The notes under the pieces: generated by a model
Seen by the model: only the letters and a program-made list of their open reading frames with translations
What the model was told of the DNA's origin: nothing
Databases searched by the model: none
Shown here: positions 10,777-22,400 of the stretch, in pieces
How the letters are laid out: every line of letters starts with the position of its first letter
How positions within the stretch are numbered: the first letter of the stretch is position 1
Origin: Magallana gigas
Taxonomy: Eukaryota
DNA length: 64,000 bases
Assembly: GCF_963853765.1 (NCBI RefSeq)
Contig: NC_088859.1
Location: 24,180,001-24,244,000, forward strand
Direction: 5' to 3'
Translations under genes and position numbers: made by a program

Positions 10777-11684
10777 AACAAAAGGCCTACAGCCCTTGAC
10801 GGTCAGCTAAGTACCATAGTCCTTTGATGGACCTGTTGAGTTCCATATAATCCATGTTTGCATGTTAAGACAACACTATGGATATAATAATAATGCATTT
10901 AGTTTATCTCCCATGACTGTTAAAGTACAGAAAAAAATATTATACAACATTGTACATGCCTGAACCCATGACTTAAATGTCATGAATTTAACAAGTAAAG
11001 TAGAGGGCTTCATGGACATCATAACCATGCATTTAATTTATCTAAAATATATTTGGAAGAAGAAAGGAAGACTTTTCTAAGATTTAATACATTTTCACTA
11101 TACCAAATTGGCCCAACCCTTTGGCCTGAACCACTGACCCAAGGGCCATTAATTTCACAATTCAGGTAGATGACTTCATGGCCATCATAACCATGCATTA
11201 AATCTTATTCAATATGTATTAGGGAGTAGAAAAGGTGATTTTCTAAGATTTAATCAATTTCACTATATGGGCATATTGGACCCGCCCTAGGGCCTTAACC
11301 TAACCCAGGGACCATGAATTTCACAATTAAGGTAGAGGGCTTCATTTACATCATTATTATCCATTATTATGCATCACAGACATTAATTTATAAAACCATG
11401 CATTTAGTTTCTTCCCACACATGAAGGAGTAGAGAAGATTATTAATTATCTTTGATCTTTTTTGCATATTTGGCCTTGCCCATAAGGCCATGGGGTGGTA
11501 AAGTTATAAATTTCTAAATTTAGATTTTTCTTATCCAAGATATGCTTCAAACCAAAAATGGTAACAATTAACCTGAAAGTTTTCAAGAAGAAGTTAAAAA
11601 TGTAAAATTGGTAACACATGACCCACAACAATGGATGAAAATCAATTGCCATAGATCACCTGAGTAACTCAGGTGACCTAAAAA
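10777..11684 (+). mobile_element. Apparently complete HINE carrying 166-bp satellite monomers (Cg170/BIV160-like)
   Basis: 5' AACAAAAGGCC...GGTCAGCTAAG. CAT(G/T)AATTT anchors at 10981, 11147 and 11313 (period 166). 3' hairpin GATCACCTGAG-TAA-CTCAGGTGACC then TAAAAA. Confidence 0.8.
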
Positions 11685-11927
11685 TGTAAAAAAATTTACA
11701 GACAGGGAGACAGTCACCAGTGACAGAAAAGCTTGCTTGAGCTTTCAGTTCAGGTGAGCTAAAAACAGTACATTTTGTGTCCTGCTGGTACATAACACAT
11801 GTATTGAGCATTATTTAAAATTTCTGAGACTGATTACTGGGTTTTTTTTGGTTTATATATTTATCCACACATTCAAATTTTAATACATCTAAGTTCTTTC
11901 AAACAATATAAATTATAATAGTCTTAC

Positions 11928-12033
11928 CTTGCCCTCTTTTGCAAATTTCTCCATCTGCTTGGTATACCAGCCAGGAGGAAGCTTTCGATAATACACTCGT
12001 AAAGGTTTTGGATCCTCTTCACTTTCATCATCT
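11928..12033 (-). CDS. PTCD1: PTCD1-like gene, coding exon 2 (DDESEEDPKPLRVYYRKLPPGWYTKQMEKFAKEGK)
   Basis: Acceptor TTTTTTAAAG and donor GTAAGA. 106 nt, phase 2/0, completing the TC|A codon from the upstream exon. WY...KEGK matches PTCD1 as recalled. Confidence 0.9.
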
Positions 12034-12041
12034 CTTTAAAA

Positions 12042-13804
12042 AACAAGAGGCCCACAGGCCAAAACGGTCACCTGAGTACCATAGCCCTGCAGGAAGTTCC
12101 ATGTCTGCATAATCAACTTTATTTTTGAGTCTTAAAACCCTATTATGAGACTCCTCTGACTGTAACTCTCAGTTTTATTATTTGATGTTTTCAAACATCA
12201 ATTTATTAAGGTTGGGGAGGGGGTGGGAGAGAAGGAATCTTGGATTATCTATACCCTAGCTCTAGGGGCTAAAAATTGTAGGAAAAAAGATGCCTTATAT
12301 GGTCAATCTTTTATAATATTTAGTCTCATTACCATAAATTCTTGTGTATAGCATGCACCTGTGTATAATACCCATCCCCAAAGTTAGGTGTAATTGCTGA
12401 AAAGCTGGAATAGCTTTTCCTATGTATAATATGCACCCCAAAAAACTAAATTTTCAATTGAGATTTTTTGAAAATCACCCATCCATATATGGTTTGATAA
12501 TGTTTTCCAAGCACTTAAAAGTAATTATGTCTGCAGATCAAACCCCAAACAACATCAATAGTAATGACTCAATTTATAATTAGTCAAATTCTTGGATAAT
12601 TGTTAAATAAACATAGTGAAGAAACGTTTGTATGTTGTATTTCGTCATCAAGTCGTACAAATGATCAATCTATTTTTCACACTGTCTTTGTAAAGCAATG
12701 AAGTTAACTGCATAACAGGAGTAAATAAGTTAAATAAAATCATAATTATTGCTAATCTTTCTGCACTTGAAGTCCAGCATGATACAGGTATGCTTTATTG
12801 GAAACTGAAAAATTAACATTGGCCACTTAAAGAGTCAAAAGGTGGCTGGTTACATAATGGCGAATACACTGTTTAGAACTTGTTTGATGCAAGAAACAGT
12901 GGTCTCACTGGTCTGGGTGAAAAAATATTCTAATTCATGGAAATTTAATTAAAATAAGGTATTTTTGACAAAATAAAGTTAGTCTACACTCATACAACTT
13001 GCATAACATGCGATATTGGCAGTCATACTCGCGTGGAATCCAGAAGCACTCATTAAAAATGTGGGGTAAAATTTCTTCCTATCTATAATACATGTACAAC
13101 TGCCCACTTCTGATTCAGTTTTGGATAAAAAGTGCTTGTTACAGTACCAATTAGACCAAACCTAACACAAGAGCAGACCCCAACTAAATACCGGATTTCT
13201 TTCAGAGTTTACCCTGGGTCTGCCTTTTGAAAATTTGTGTCCACTCTTGGTTTTTGAAAATTTGGGTTCGCTCTGGGTTTACTTTGGGTTTATAGTTTAA
13301 TCAGGGTATGCTTTTGGGGTCCAATTTATGTGCTGAAGAGTTAAGCAGATCTATCTTTTATCTTACCATCTTGCTGCCTGAATTTCTGCCCCTTGTATAT
13401 TACAAATACATATGTAGCGTCTGCTTTAATGGGTACCTATAGACTTCTGATCAAGGTTTACTCTCTGTGTCCACTCTGGGTTTACTTAGGACAGTTAGGG
13501 TTAATTCCAGGTTTACTCTAGTAAACCTGGAGTAAACCCCAAAATGGGGTTTACTTTCTGTTAGGTTGGGTCTGATCGTTAATGTATACACAAGACTTAA
13601 CGGTAATTATGCACAAAACATGCACACAGTTTGTTTCTATAATCATACAATGCACAGTAAATTTAACATTTCAAAATAAAGTTACTGATGTAAAATTGTT
13701 AACGGTTTCTTCACACCAAAAATGGTAACAATTGGCATTATATTTTTTAAAAAGAAGTTGAAAATGTAAAATTGTTAACTCACGACGATGGACGAAGACA
13801 AATG

Positions 13805-13841
<37 letters not shown>
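12042..13841 (+). mobile_element. HINE with enlarged interior, inserted in the polypyrimidine tract of PTCD1 exon 2
   Basis: 5' AACAAGAGGCCCACAGGCC..GGTCACCTGAG (12066-12076). 3' perfect hairpin GGTCACCTGAG-TGA-CTCAGGTGACC (13811-13835) then TAAAAA. Confidence 0.8.
13152..13575. mobile_element. TIR MITE nested in the HINE, with GGTTTACT/AGTAAACC subterminal repeats
   Basis: TAGACCAAACCTAACA versus TGTTAGGTTGGGTCTGA. Two adjacent hairpins at about 13506-13556. Confidence 0.6.
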
Positions 13842-14299
13842 TTCTATTGTAGAGATACATGTAATGTAACAGAAAAAAATAACATAAAAATGTTTATGAA
13901 AGCAGTGTTACAAATGTAGTTGTTGTTGACATTGACCTAAATTTTTTTTAAATAAATAATTGATTTATTTAATTGAATTAATTTATTGTCAATTCTTTGA
14001 ACATGCTATCGATACTCTGATATGCCGAAGGCTGTATGAAAAGAACGGGCCCCTCATCCAAGCATACCCTTGAAGAGATGGATGAGGGACATTCTTGTAG
14101 TTCAGCCAGAGGCTGAGGAGAATGTGAAACATTCATGATATTTATGCCCACCACTACATGTAGTTTGTAACTGACAATAAATTTTCTTTAAATTATGAGT
14201 GATAGATGGATGGCGGTACTATACATACTACTATACATGCATATACTACTGATGTCACATGGTTTGAATCCTTTGAATTCTATGAACTCTATGACTCAC

Positions 14300-14715
14300 G
14301 AATCTTCAAGTAGCTCATCTGCCTTGCCATGAACATGTGTAGATTGGTACAGCGGTTCTTGTTTAGAACTGTCAGTGAGATTTCCAAATGTGTCTTCCCA
14401 GGCCTCTAATTCACTAGCCCCAGCCTTATTCCTGATGTATTCTCCCTTTTCTTTTCCATAAGCACTAATTTTTTCTTTCCTTTCTTTAATTTCATTCTCG
14501 ATAACATTTTTTGCATTTAAACTGTGTGATTTGGCTGAAGTTGAAGAAACTGTTGTATTTCGGTGACCAGAAAAGCAATTTGCCAACTGCCATGTGGGTC
14601 TAAAGTCTTTTACATTACTCTTTTTGATGAGTGTCCTAATGTTGTTGAACTTTCTTAATGATATGTGTGTGGATTTGTAAAACACACTTTGCCTTTGTAT
14701 TGTGTTCAGCAACAT
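14300..14715 (-). CDS. PTCD1: PTCD1-like gene, coding exon 1 (MLLNTIQRQSVFYK...WEDTFGNLTDS...LLEDS); N-terminus looks like a mitochondrial targeting peptide
   Basis: Acceptor CCATTACAG at 14719, ATG at 14715 and donor GTGAGT at 14299 (phase 2). Basic, hydroxylated N-terminus. DTFGNL resembles PTCD1 ESFGTL. Confidence 0.85.
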
Positions 14716-15362
14716 CACCTGTAATGGAGATGCATTAATTAAATAACTGATATTTAAAAACAAGGGCCACCAAGTATGATGCAGCCATTTTAAGGATACC
14801 CAGCTAGGGGCCACATCGTTCACCTGAGCAACAATAGCCATAACTGATCAAATCAGCATTACAGTATCAAATTCAAAATACCTTGACAATATGTTAGATC
14901 TTGCACAAAAAATAAAATTAAAGGCAGAAATGGCTACAAAGGTGTCAAGAAAATTTTTCTGGAATAAAGACAAGGCACGTAGCATCAGGGGGAGCTGGAG
15001 GGGGGGGGGGGGATGAATAAATGCGCTCCATTCCTCAAATTAAAAACATTGAAAAATTTAACAGGCCTTCTCCATTATAAACGATTGTCGTTTACCAGGC
15101 ATGAACTCATTTCGTATGACGTTTCATATCCTTTTCACTTGATTGATGAATAAACTTAACTGAAAAATGTTGTCACATACGTTAAAAAGTTATATTTACA
15201 TCATCCAGTGTCTTTGTCTGTGATAACACTACGTATCGATTTTGTACTATATAACCCATAATACAAATGACGCCAAATTGAGGCGCCGGCGGGGTTTGCT
15301 TATTTATAGTTAAAGATTTAATTATACGATGGCTTAAAATTATATAAATATAAGTACCGGGT

Positions 15363-15511
15363 AATAAGGAATCATTCTTTGAATATTATGAGGTGATAAT
15401 TTCGGTCAGGGCGTGATCAAATCTATCATAAAGCCCTTTGGGCTTTATTGGATTTGATCACGCCCCGACCAAAATTATCACCTCATAATACTCAAAGAAT
15501 GATTCCTTATT
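15363..15511. mobile_element. 149-bp palindromic (fold-back) element, possibly a non-autonomous Crypton-type end
   Basis: About 60-bp near-perfect arms (AATAAGGAATCATTCTTTGA...GATCAAATC / GATTTGATC...GAATGATTCCTTATT) around an inner AAAGCCC-TTT-GGGCTTT hairpin. The family assignment is from memory only. Confidence 0.8.
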
Positions 15512-15824
15512 CCTTATATAATTCAAATTTATGTATTGGCAGCTCTATTGTACCAAGGCCCACCCATTATTTTCATTTTATTGCTGAAAAACAACAAACG
15601 TCTACAAACAAAGATGATATTTTCCTTTGCAATAATTTTTTAAGAACAACAATAATGCTTTTATCCTCATAATTATAATGTGTCAGGACTATGGAAACTG
15701 TTTAAAAGACATCGTTTTTATTTACTTGTGTTCGAAAAACTATAAAAAATTTGTGTAGATTTTATGCAATTCATCGTTGAAAAAGGGGCACCAGAAAGTA
15801 GTTACAGCATATCATCCTTTTAGC

Positions 15825-15923
15825 TAATCCGAGATTCCTCTGACTCTAACCCCCGCTTTTATATTGGGACGTGCGGGGTCCCAATATAAAAGCGGGGGTT
15901 AGAGTCAGAGGAATCTCGGATTA
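15825..15923. repeat. Perfect 46-bp inverted repeat with a 7-nt loop; TA-flanked fold-back MITE
   Basis: 15825-15870 is the exact reverse complement of 15878-15923. The outermost TA on both sides fits a Tc1/mariner target duplication. Confidence 0.95.
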
Positions 15924-16189
15924 CCTTTTAGCAAGACATTTCTATTGATCAACCAAAATTTCAGCATCAATCGTAGAACTATAAGAAAGATACATAGCTT
16001 GGTTCGAGTCATATTTTTGTTCACATGAGTTTATTACATTCAACTTTAAGATTTTTAAACTTAGTATTTCCTATTCAGCATAGCTGCATTTAAAATATAA
16101 ACGAACTAAAGCATGACCTCAGCTTTGTGATTTTAAATGAATCAGACATTTTAAGACCGCAGGCTTAAGAAATTTTAATCGAAGAAAAA

Positions 16190-16960
16190 CACGCGGCTTT
16201 TCTTCTCGAATGCCCGAACAAAACTGAAACGGAAGTATGCTTGTGCATTATGGGTAAACACTAGATGATACCACAGGGGTGGTCTCAAAAGTTCAGGCAT
16301 GATCGTAGGCAGCTCGGGGAAAATGCAAAAAGTTGATGCAGGTAAGTATAGATATTGATGTAAACATACAGTAGCATTGTGCGCAAAGCTCTGTATCTTG
16401 CTGATAACTCGAAGGTTGTTTTTTTAATTTGATAATTTTTTTTACAAAAATACATGCAAACTTCTAACAAAATCATGAGAGTTTACATTAATACAATGTC
16501 AATACACGTTGATATCTTTAATAAAGTAGGATACTTCCACTTCTGAAGATATGAAACGTCTGAGATTTGTCATCTTCACTTATCCTGTCATGTTATATAC
16601 TTGTGCTAAAATGCCCTTGTGCTCAAATTGGGCATTTCGGTGTTTTCACGGTGCATTTCGGCAATTCTAGGTACCCGGAATCGGAGAGCTAATTAAGAAT
16701 ATAATTAAAAAGATCAGTAATTCCTTACTTTAAAAAGGGAACTTCAACAGCTTGCGACTAATTTGATATCATCGGTAATAAAATACTTAGTAATCATCAG
16801 CATTCTGCATTGACAGCAAGTAAGCAACACATGCTTTATTATTAAACTGGTTCACAAGAACCAGAAAAGAAAACTCTAAGCACCGGAACAGCAGAATGCG
16901 GAAGGAAGACCGGAATTAAATGGTAAACACAAAACATAACGGAAGATGTCAAACAAGTAC
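16190..16960. promoter_or_regulatory. Probable PTCD1 (possibly bidirectional) promoter region
   Basis: ETS core ACGGAAGT at 16229-16236, a Staf/ZNF143-like GTGCATTATGGGTAA at 16243-16257 and four CGGAA cores at about 16880-16945. CpG-retaining and about 1.5 kb upstream of the ATG exon. Confidence 0.5.
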
Positions 16961-17577
16961 ATGTAATAGCTTTCCAAAAAAAACTTGACTAAACATAATT
17001 ATTCTAGTGCATATATAAATCATATTCCTTGCAATTATATTATTTCATTATTTCAAATTATTTCAGGAAATTACATGTATGAAATAACTGTAAGCTCGAA
17101 AAGCCGAAAAGAAAACAGTAGAGTTTAATTTAAATTGTACATGTTATACATTTACAAGAAGAGGTTTCTCAAAACAGGAATAAGTGAAAGCTAGGAAGGT
17201 TGTTAAGGTTGTTTTTTATTTTATTATTATTATTATTTCCAATAAAGCTGCGTGAACACACGGTGTGCTCCGTCATTAACAGATTAAAGGAGAGCTGTTC
17301 ATAATGATCCCATTTTGGACTCGTGGGTGCGTTAAAGTTATGAATGTGACATTTTTGTGCAAAGTCCTGTTATGTTAACCTTTCCATTCGAAGGATAAGA
17401 TCTCCGATGCCCTGAACAGAGTTAGATTCAAGGGGTACACCCGGCGCCCCTCCCCTAAAATTTTCAAAACAAACGGTTAAATGATACTCCTTCTGGCAAT
17501 TAAAGAAAATGTGCAACTTGCGAGTCTTAATGATCAACTTTTTTGAAACTCATGGGATTTCTCTTCACGAGACTAAT

Positions 17578-17800
17578 TCCATTTCAATTCAATTCAGTTT
17601 ATTCGCTCACACCATGGAATGGTACATGAGGTCAATCATTATATACAGTTCAAAAGTCAGAGGTACATTGTATAAATGAATAGATAAGTAGTAGATAAAT
17701 AGTAAATAAGCATAAATATACAATATATAAAATGAAGATAGGAAAAAGTATAATAATGGAGGACAGACTATTATATCAAACTGTATATTTTGATAATAAA
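17578..17800 (-). mobile_element. 3' end of a heavily 5'-truncated LINE
   Basis: Minus strand AATAAA followed by a (TGAAT)n tail (plus strand TTCAATTCAATTCAGTTTATT at 17583-17603). Confidence 0.5.
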
Positions 17801-18318
17801 ATAACATAATTTTTTCAGGTTTGTAGCATTAGAACAAGACATAAGTTCACAAAACTTAATAGTATTTGGCGCTGACCGACGTAGTGGTATGAAGAAAACT
17901 CGTGGGTTCATTGTGTGACGTACATAGAAAGCCCATTTTAGTTACGCTCTCCTTGGGTTCAAATGGGACCAGTCGCCCACCTCTAAGTAATTGGCTTTAC
18001 TAGCTTGTGTTTTTAAAGTCTCTTCTATGTTTATCGTGATACAAGCTGGCATCGTTATCTTTTTTTTTAATTTCATCTACATCGAACAATTGAACTAGTG
18101 GTTAATTTAGAGTCATTTGTAAGAATGAAAAAAAAGAAAATGTTATATATATATTTCTGCAAGGCAGGTGAATTTGATGTGATTTCTGCAGGTCTTAAAT
18201 CTACAAACCTTTAACATTTTAAATATTTTTATTACTTTAAAGTCTAATCATGAGAAAAATATCGAAAAAGTCGAAATATGATAACTTCAATTTTACCCTT
18301 CAAATTCTCTGGAATCCT

Positions 18319-19409
18319 GGGACCCGTTTCACTGAAAGGCGTAAGATACGACTGTTACAACGCACTTTGAAAACATTTTTCAAAGTGCGTTAATTTTCGA
18401 AATAATTGATACTTTTATATACAATAAATGATTGATTTAACCTTGTTAAGCTCAATGGGATATATATTTAAAAAAAAAAAAGAATCCAATGCATTCTCAG
18501 CTAACTTGATCACCAGTTTCTCGATCACAGTTTTTTTCTTAAGCTTACGTACATATAGATTGACAATTTATTCATAAAGAACAATTTGGGAAATTTGAAT
18601 TATCCAAATGTGACATAAACTACATAACTTAGCAACTACATTTTCCTTTTTTTGTGTATGAGAGAAAAAAACCCCCAACACATTATTTTTATCAAGTTTA
18701 TAATAATTCATTGTTTGTCTATGTACTTTAATTCTTTATAATGGATTGATCTATTTGATTAGAATTTGAAAAGAGGGTTTATGTTGAAACACTTATAGAT
18801 TCTTTAACATACCATTGTAGAAATTATTGTTTGGCTAGCTCGTTTTTTTTTTCACTGTACTTTATTTACAACAAAGTGTATTTCTTTTTCCATTCCTAAA
18901 CGTTTGCTCCAAGTTGCTAAATATCATATGCTTTGAAAGAAAAAATGAGGGGTAGGGTACCTTTTTCCTGTAACCAATTAAGTGATGTACTGATAACTGA
19001 ACTGTATCTTTGGTTACCCCCACCCCCATCCCCATCCCCGTTCTCAAAGACGTTACATTAGATTCACTAGTATTAACGAATCATCATACTATCATCTAAT
19101 TAGAAATTAAAGTCCAAAATTTCTGATTTATACACTTTTTTTTCAAAGTGCGTTAAGGGTCTCGATGCTAAAAAATCTTGATATACCTTCATAACACACT
19201 TTGGAAAAAAATTTCGAAGTGGATTAACTTGGTCCCAAATTTAACGCACTTTGAAATTTTTTTAAAGAGCGTTGATTTTACCCCAAAAAAGCACTTTGAA
19301 AAAAAAAATTCAAAGTGCGTATATAATTTTTTCAAAGTGCGTTGCTTTTTTTTATTTTTGACTTTTCAATTTAATTTTAAATTAAATGTAGATTTGAAAT
19401 ACGGGCACC
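18319..19409. mobile_element. Degenerate TIR element (PIF-like ends) with repeated AACGCACTTTGAAA / TTTCAAAGTGCGTT palindromic subterminal motifs
   Basis: GGGACCCGTTTCA versus TGAAATACGGGCACC. 15-bp-stem hairpin at 18359-18391 and several more half-sites at 19141-19342. Confidence 0.55.
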
Positions 19410-22400
19410 TGGCGTCATATCTTTTTCTTATAACAAAAAATAGATACTCTCTATGCAATGAAACAATGTTGAACTGATATTCAGTTTAGATGTTTAGATT
19501 CTTTACATGGCATATATTTCTTTAACATTACATCGTAGTCAATAAAAAAGATACGATGTAGACACGATGTCGACTCAATGTCGATCAACACTGCAATATC
19601 GACGATGTCGACGATGTAAACAAAAGAGAAGGCACACAATGTAGACAAGGTGTCGACTCGATGTTGGTCAACCACCTTTCATACTTTTCCATATTTTTGT
19701 ATCTTCAATTTAGCTCTGCAGCTGCGCAGTTCTAAGTGAATAGCCAAGACATTGTTCTGTATTTGTATAAGCAATTTGTGTACAAAACAACTAGTAAAAC
19801 CTCATACCTTATTCCTGTTGTATCTTTTGACAGCGGTCAGTTTTTGGCATAAACAGGTCAGTTTAAGAAATGTTTATATTTTGGTCAACATGTGTATCAG
19901 ATGACCGTAGGTCTCCCTTAAACCAAACCATTGGCAGAAAATATCCTTGTGTATAATGCATGTTGGTACATGTACTTTTCCTTAGATTTTAACCACAAAG
20001 TGCAACCAGTGATTAAATAAAGCATTTGGCTGCATTTATCATCTATTTCAATTTAGTCTACAACTGATATGATTGTAAATTATTCATATCTTAGTTTGAC
20101 TATTCATCAAATTTTTGAATTTATTTTTCGTGTTATTTGTAGACTTTATATCATTTTGAAACATTCCTAACGATTTTGTCACAAAAGTTTTAAGTTCCAC
20201 CAAATTGGTACAAGAACAGTCGGACATAACGGACAGCTCCCGGAAGATTAACTTGTTGATTATCATTGATCGTCACATCGAGGAATCAGAACTTCAACGC
20301 CTGAAAATATTTGCCTGTAGAGTGAACTACCTAATTGAATATTATTAATCATAAATATCAACAACGGTTGTCTTTCTTTTGTTACAGAAAACAGTAACTA
20401 ACATGTAGAGATGCTGCTGCACTGTGTTGAGCACATATGTAAACCAAGTCGCCATAAAAAGCATTTAAAATTCATAACTATAAAGAGATTTATAACATAA
20501 ACCATCTTACATAACACATATCCTATTTACCTGAAAGTATCTGTTACTGCCCTGTGGTTTAACCGAGTCTTTTGGGTTTTTGTAATTTGTGGAACGCAAA
20601 AGCAATGGAATATACCGTATTATTGCTATCGTGCACCATTGAAAAGAATGGTTGATATAGTTGTCATGAGCACCCATCCGTGGCCCTTAGTTAGAAAACC
20701 ATATATAATTATCATTAAATTCAGTTTGTTTCAAAATTGTTAATATAGACTTTTCATAGTGTGTATAACGCAGACAGACCAAGTAGTGCAATCGTGATTA
20801 CTGACATGTCAAAAACAAGTGCAAATAAGTCAAGTAACTGAAAGTCTTACAACATGGCCCATCTTGTTACACAAAAGATCTTCTCTAATTTACGACCCGG
20901 TGTGTTTCAAACAGGTATTTCTTTGCCTAATGTGCCGGTCTTGATTATAATTTACGTGGCTGGTCGTCCACAAGATAGGCAGCAAAAGGCATGGTGTTTT
21001 TTACCTTCTTGGTTTCATATGAAGTTATGTACATAAATTTGAAACTGATATGACTTCATTACAATGTTTGGGTGTCGTGGAATGCACACCATAACGAGTT
21101 CCTAATCCTATACACAATACGTGCATGCAAGAGACGTGTCCATGCACCTTTCTGATACTTTATGTGACAAGAACTAGCATCTTTTATAATTAGATGTTGC
21201 AATCATAAGTTTTCGAGGTCCTAAAACAAGTTGATCTATAAAAAACTGATTATTTTTAAAATAGGTTGTCACTCTTTTTTATTTATTCAATTGTCGAATT
21301 CAAAGTTTTTATAGCAGTAACTTTTAAACACACAAGGGCGTGTGCACGACATTTTATAATTCAGCGTATTAATTGGCAAACACTTTTACATCATATAATG
21401 ATTATTCCATTTTGTTACGTCAATGAACGTTTTTGAGAATACCTCTTTGCCCCTAAAATAACAATAATTAGAATAAATTAAAGGATTATGGAAGCTCAAT
21501 CAGTGGCCATATCAAAGCAACATTATGAAATTGATCTTAATATTTGATGTAGCGTTTACAGAGGAAGGCTATATATAGCCACTAAACACAGCAAAAACCC
21601 GGACTAGGTCTGTCACATCGGATATTATCAACAGAATTACTTCAAAATACCAAGGCTGAACCCATGTTTACAGGGGAGGGGGGGGGGGCATTGAAGGCTA
21701 ATATTTCTGCTAAAGTACAACGAGGAAATTTTTTAAAATAAGAAATTCGTTTAATGACCAAATGAATATTGGATTAAATAGCGAGGAGAAATGGTTGTTT
21801 TAAGCAACAAAGAAGCTGGCCCGGTTACGCTATGCACCCCGTCTTTCTAGTTTCTGTGTCGCGTTTTCTAACCAACCTGTTGTCATTCTGTAGTTTTTAC
21901 TCGGTAGGGGTAAAAAAAAATTACAATATTACAATGTCCAATGTTAAGATTAGGTGCTGCAGTTTAACTCTTTCTATTTCATTTAATGATACAAAGCTTG
22001 TCCAATATAAGACGTGCTATGGTATGTTCGATGTGTCTCTCTTTATGATTGACGCACCGCACTCATGGACATGAATAGTCTACTATGAAAAGCCGAGAAA
22101 TTGGGATTGAAACATCACAAATGTAATTGGTATTGAAATAAATATCCCCCTTTCTGACAACTTTGGACCAAAACAAATGAGTCATCATCCTTGAACTGAC
22201 TGAGTAGCAAAGTCAACGGAGGACCACGTTTGTTGTTCATTACGTGGAGCGAATGGTAGCCCCAGAATGACCACTTAGCAGTGAATAATATGTAACCCCA
22301 GTGTCAATATGTGTAAGCATCATTCCCCTCTTCCCTCTGTCGATGCCGACATGTTCTGATCCTCCACAGGCAGAGCGTTCATTTCCCGCTGGAACCGTTG

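Noticed and set aside
14719-14841. N-terminal 41 codons of ORF 14296..14841
   Set aside because: They lie upstream of a good acceptor and run into a HINE end, so the open frame is probably fortuitous.
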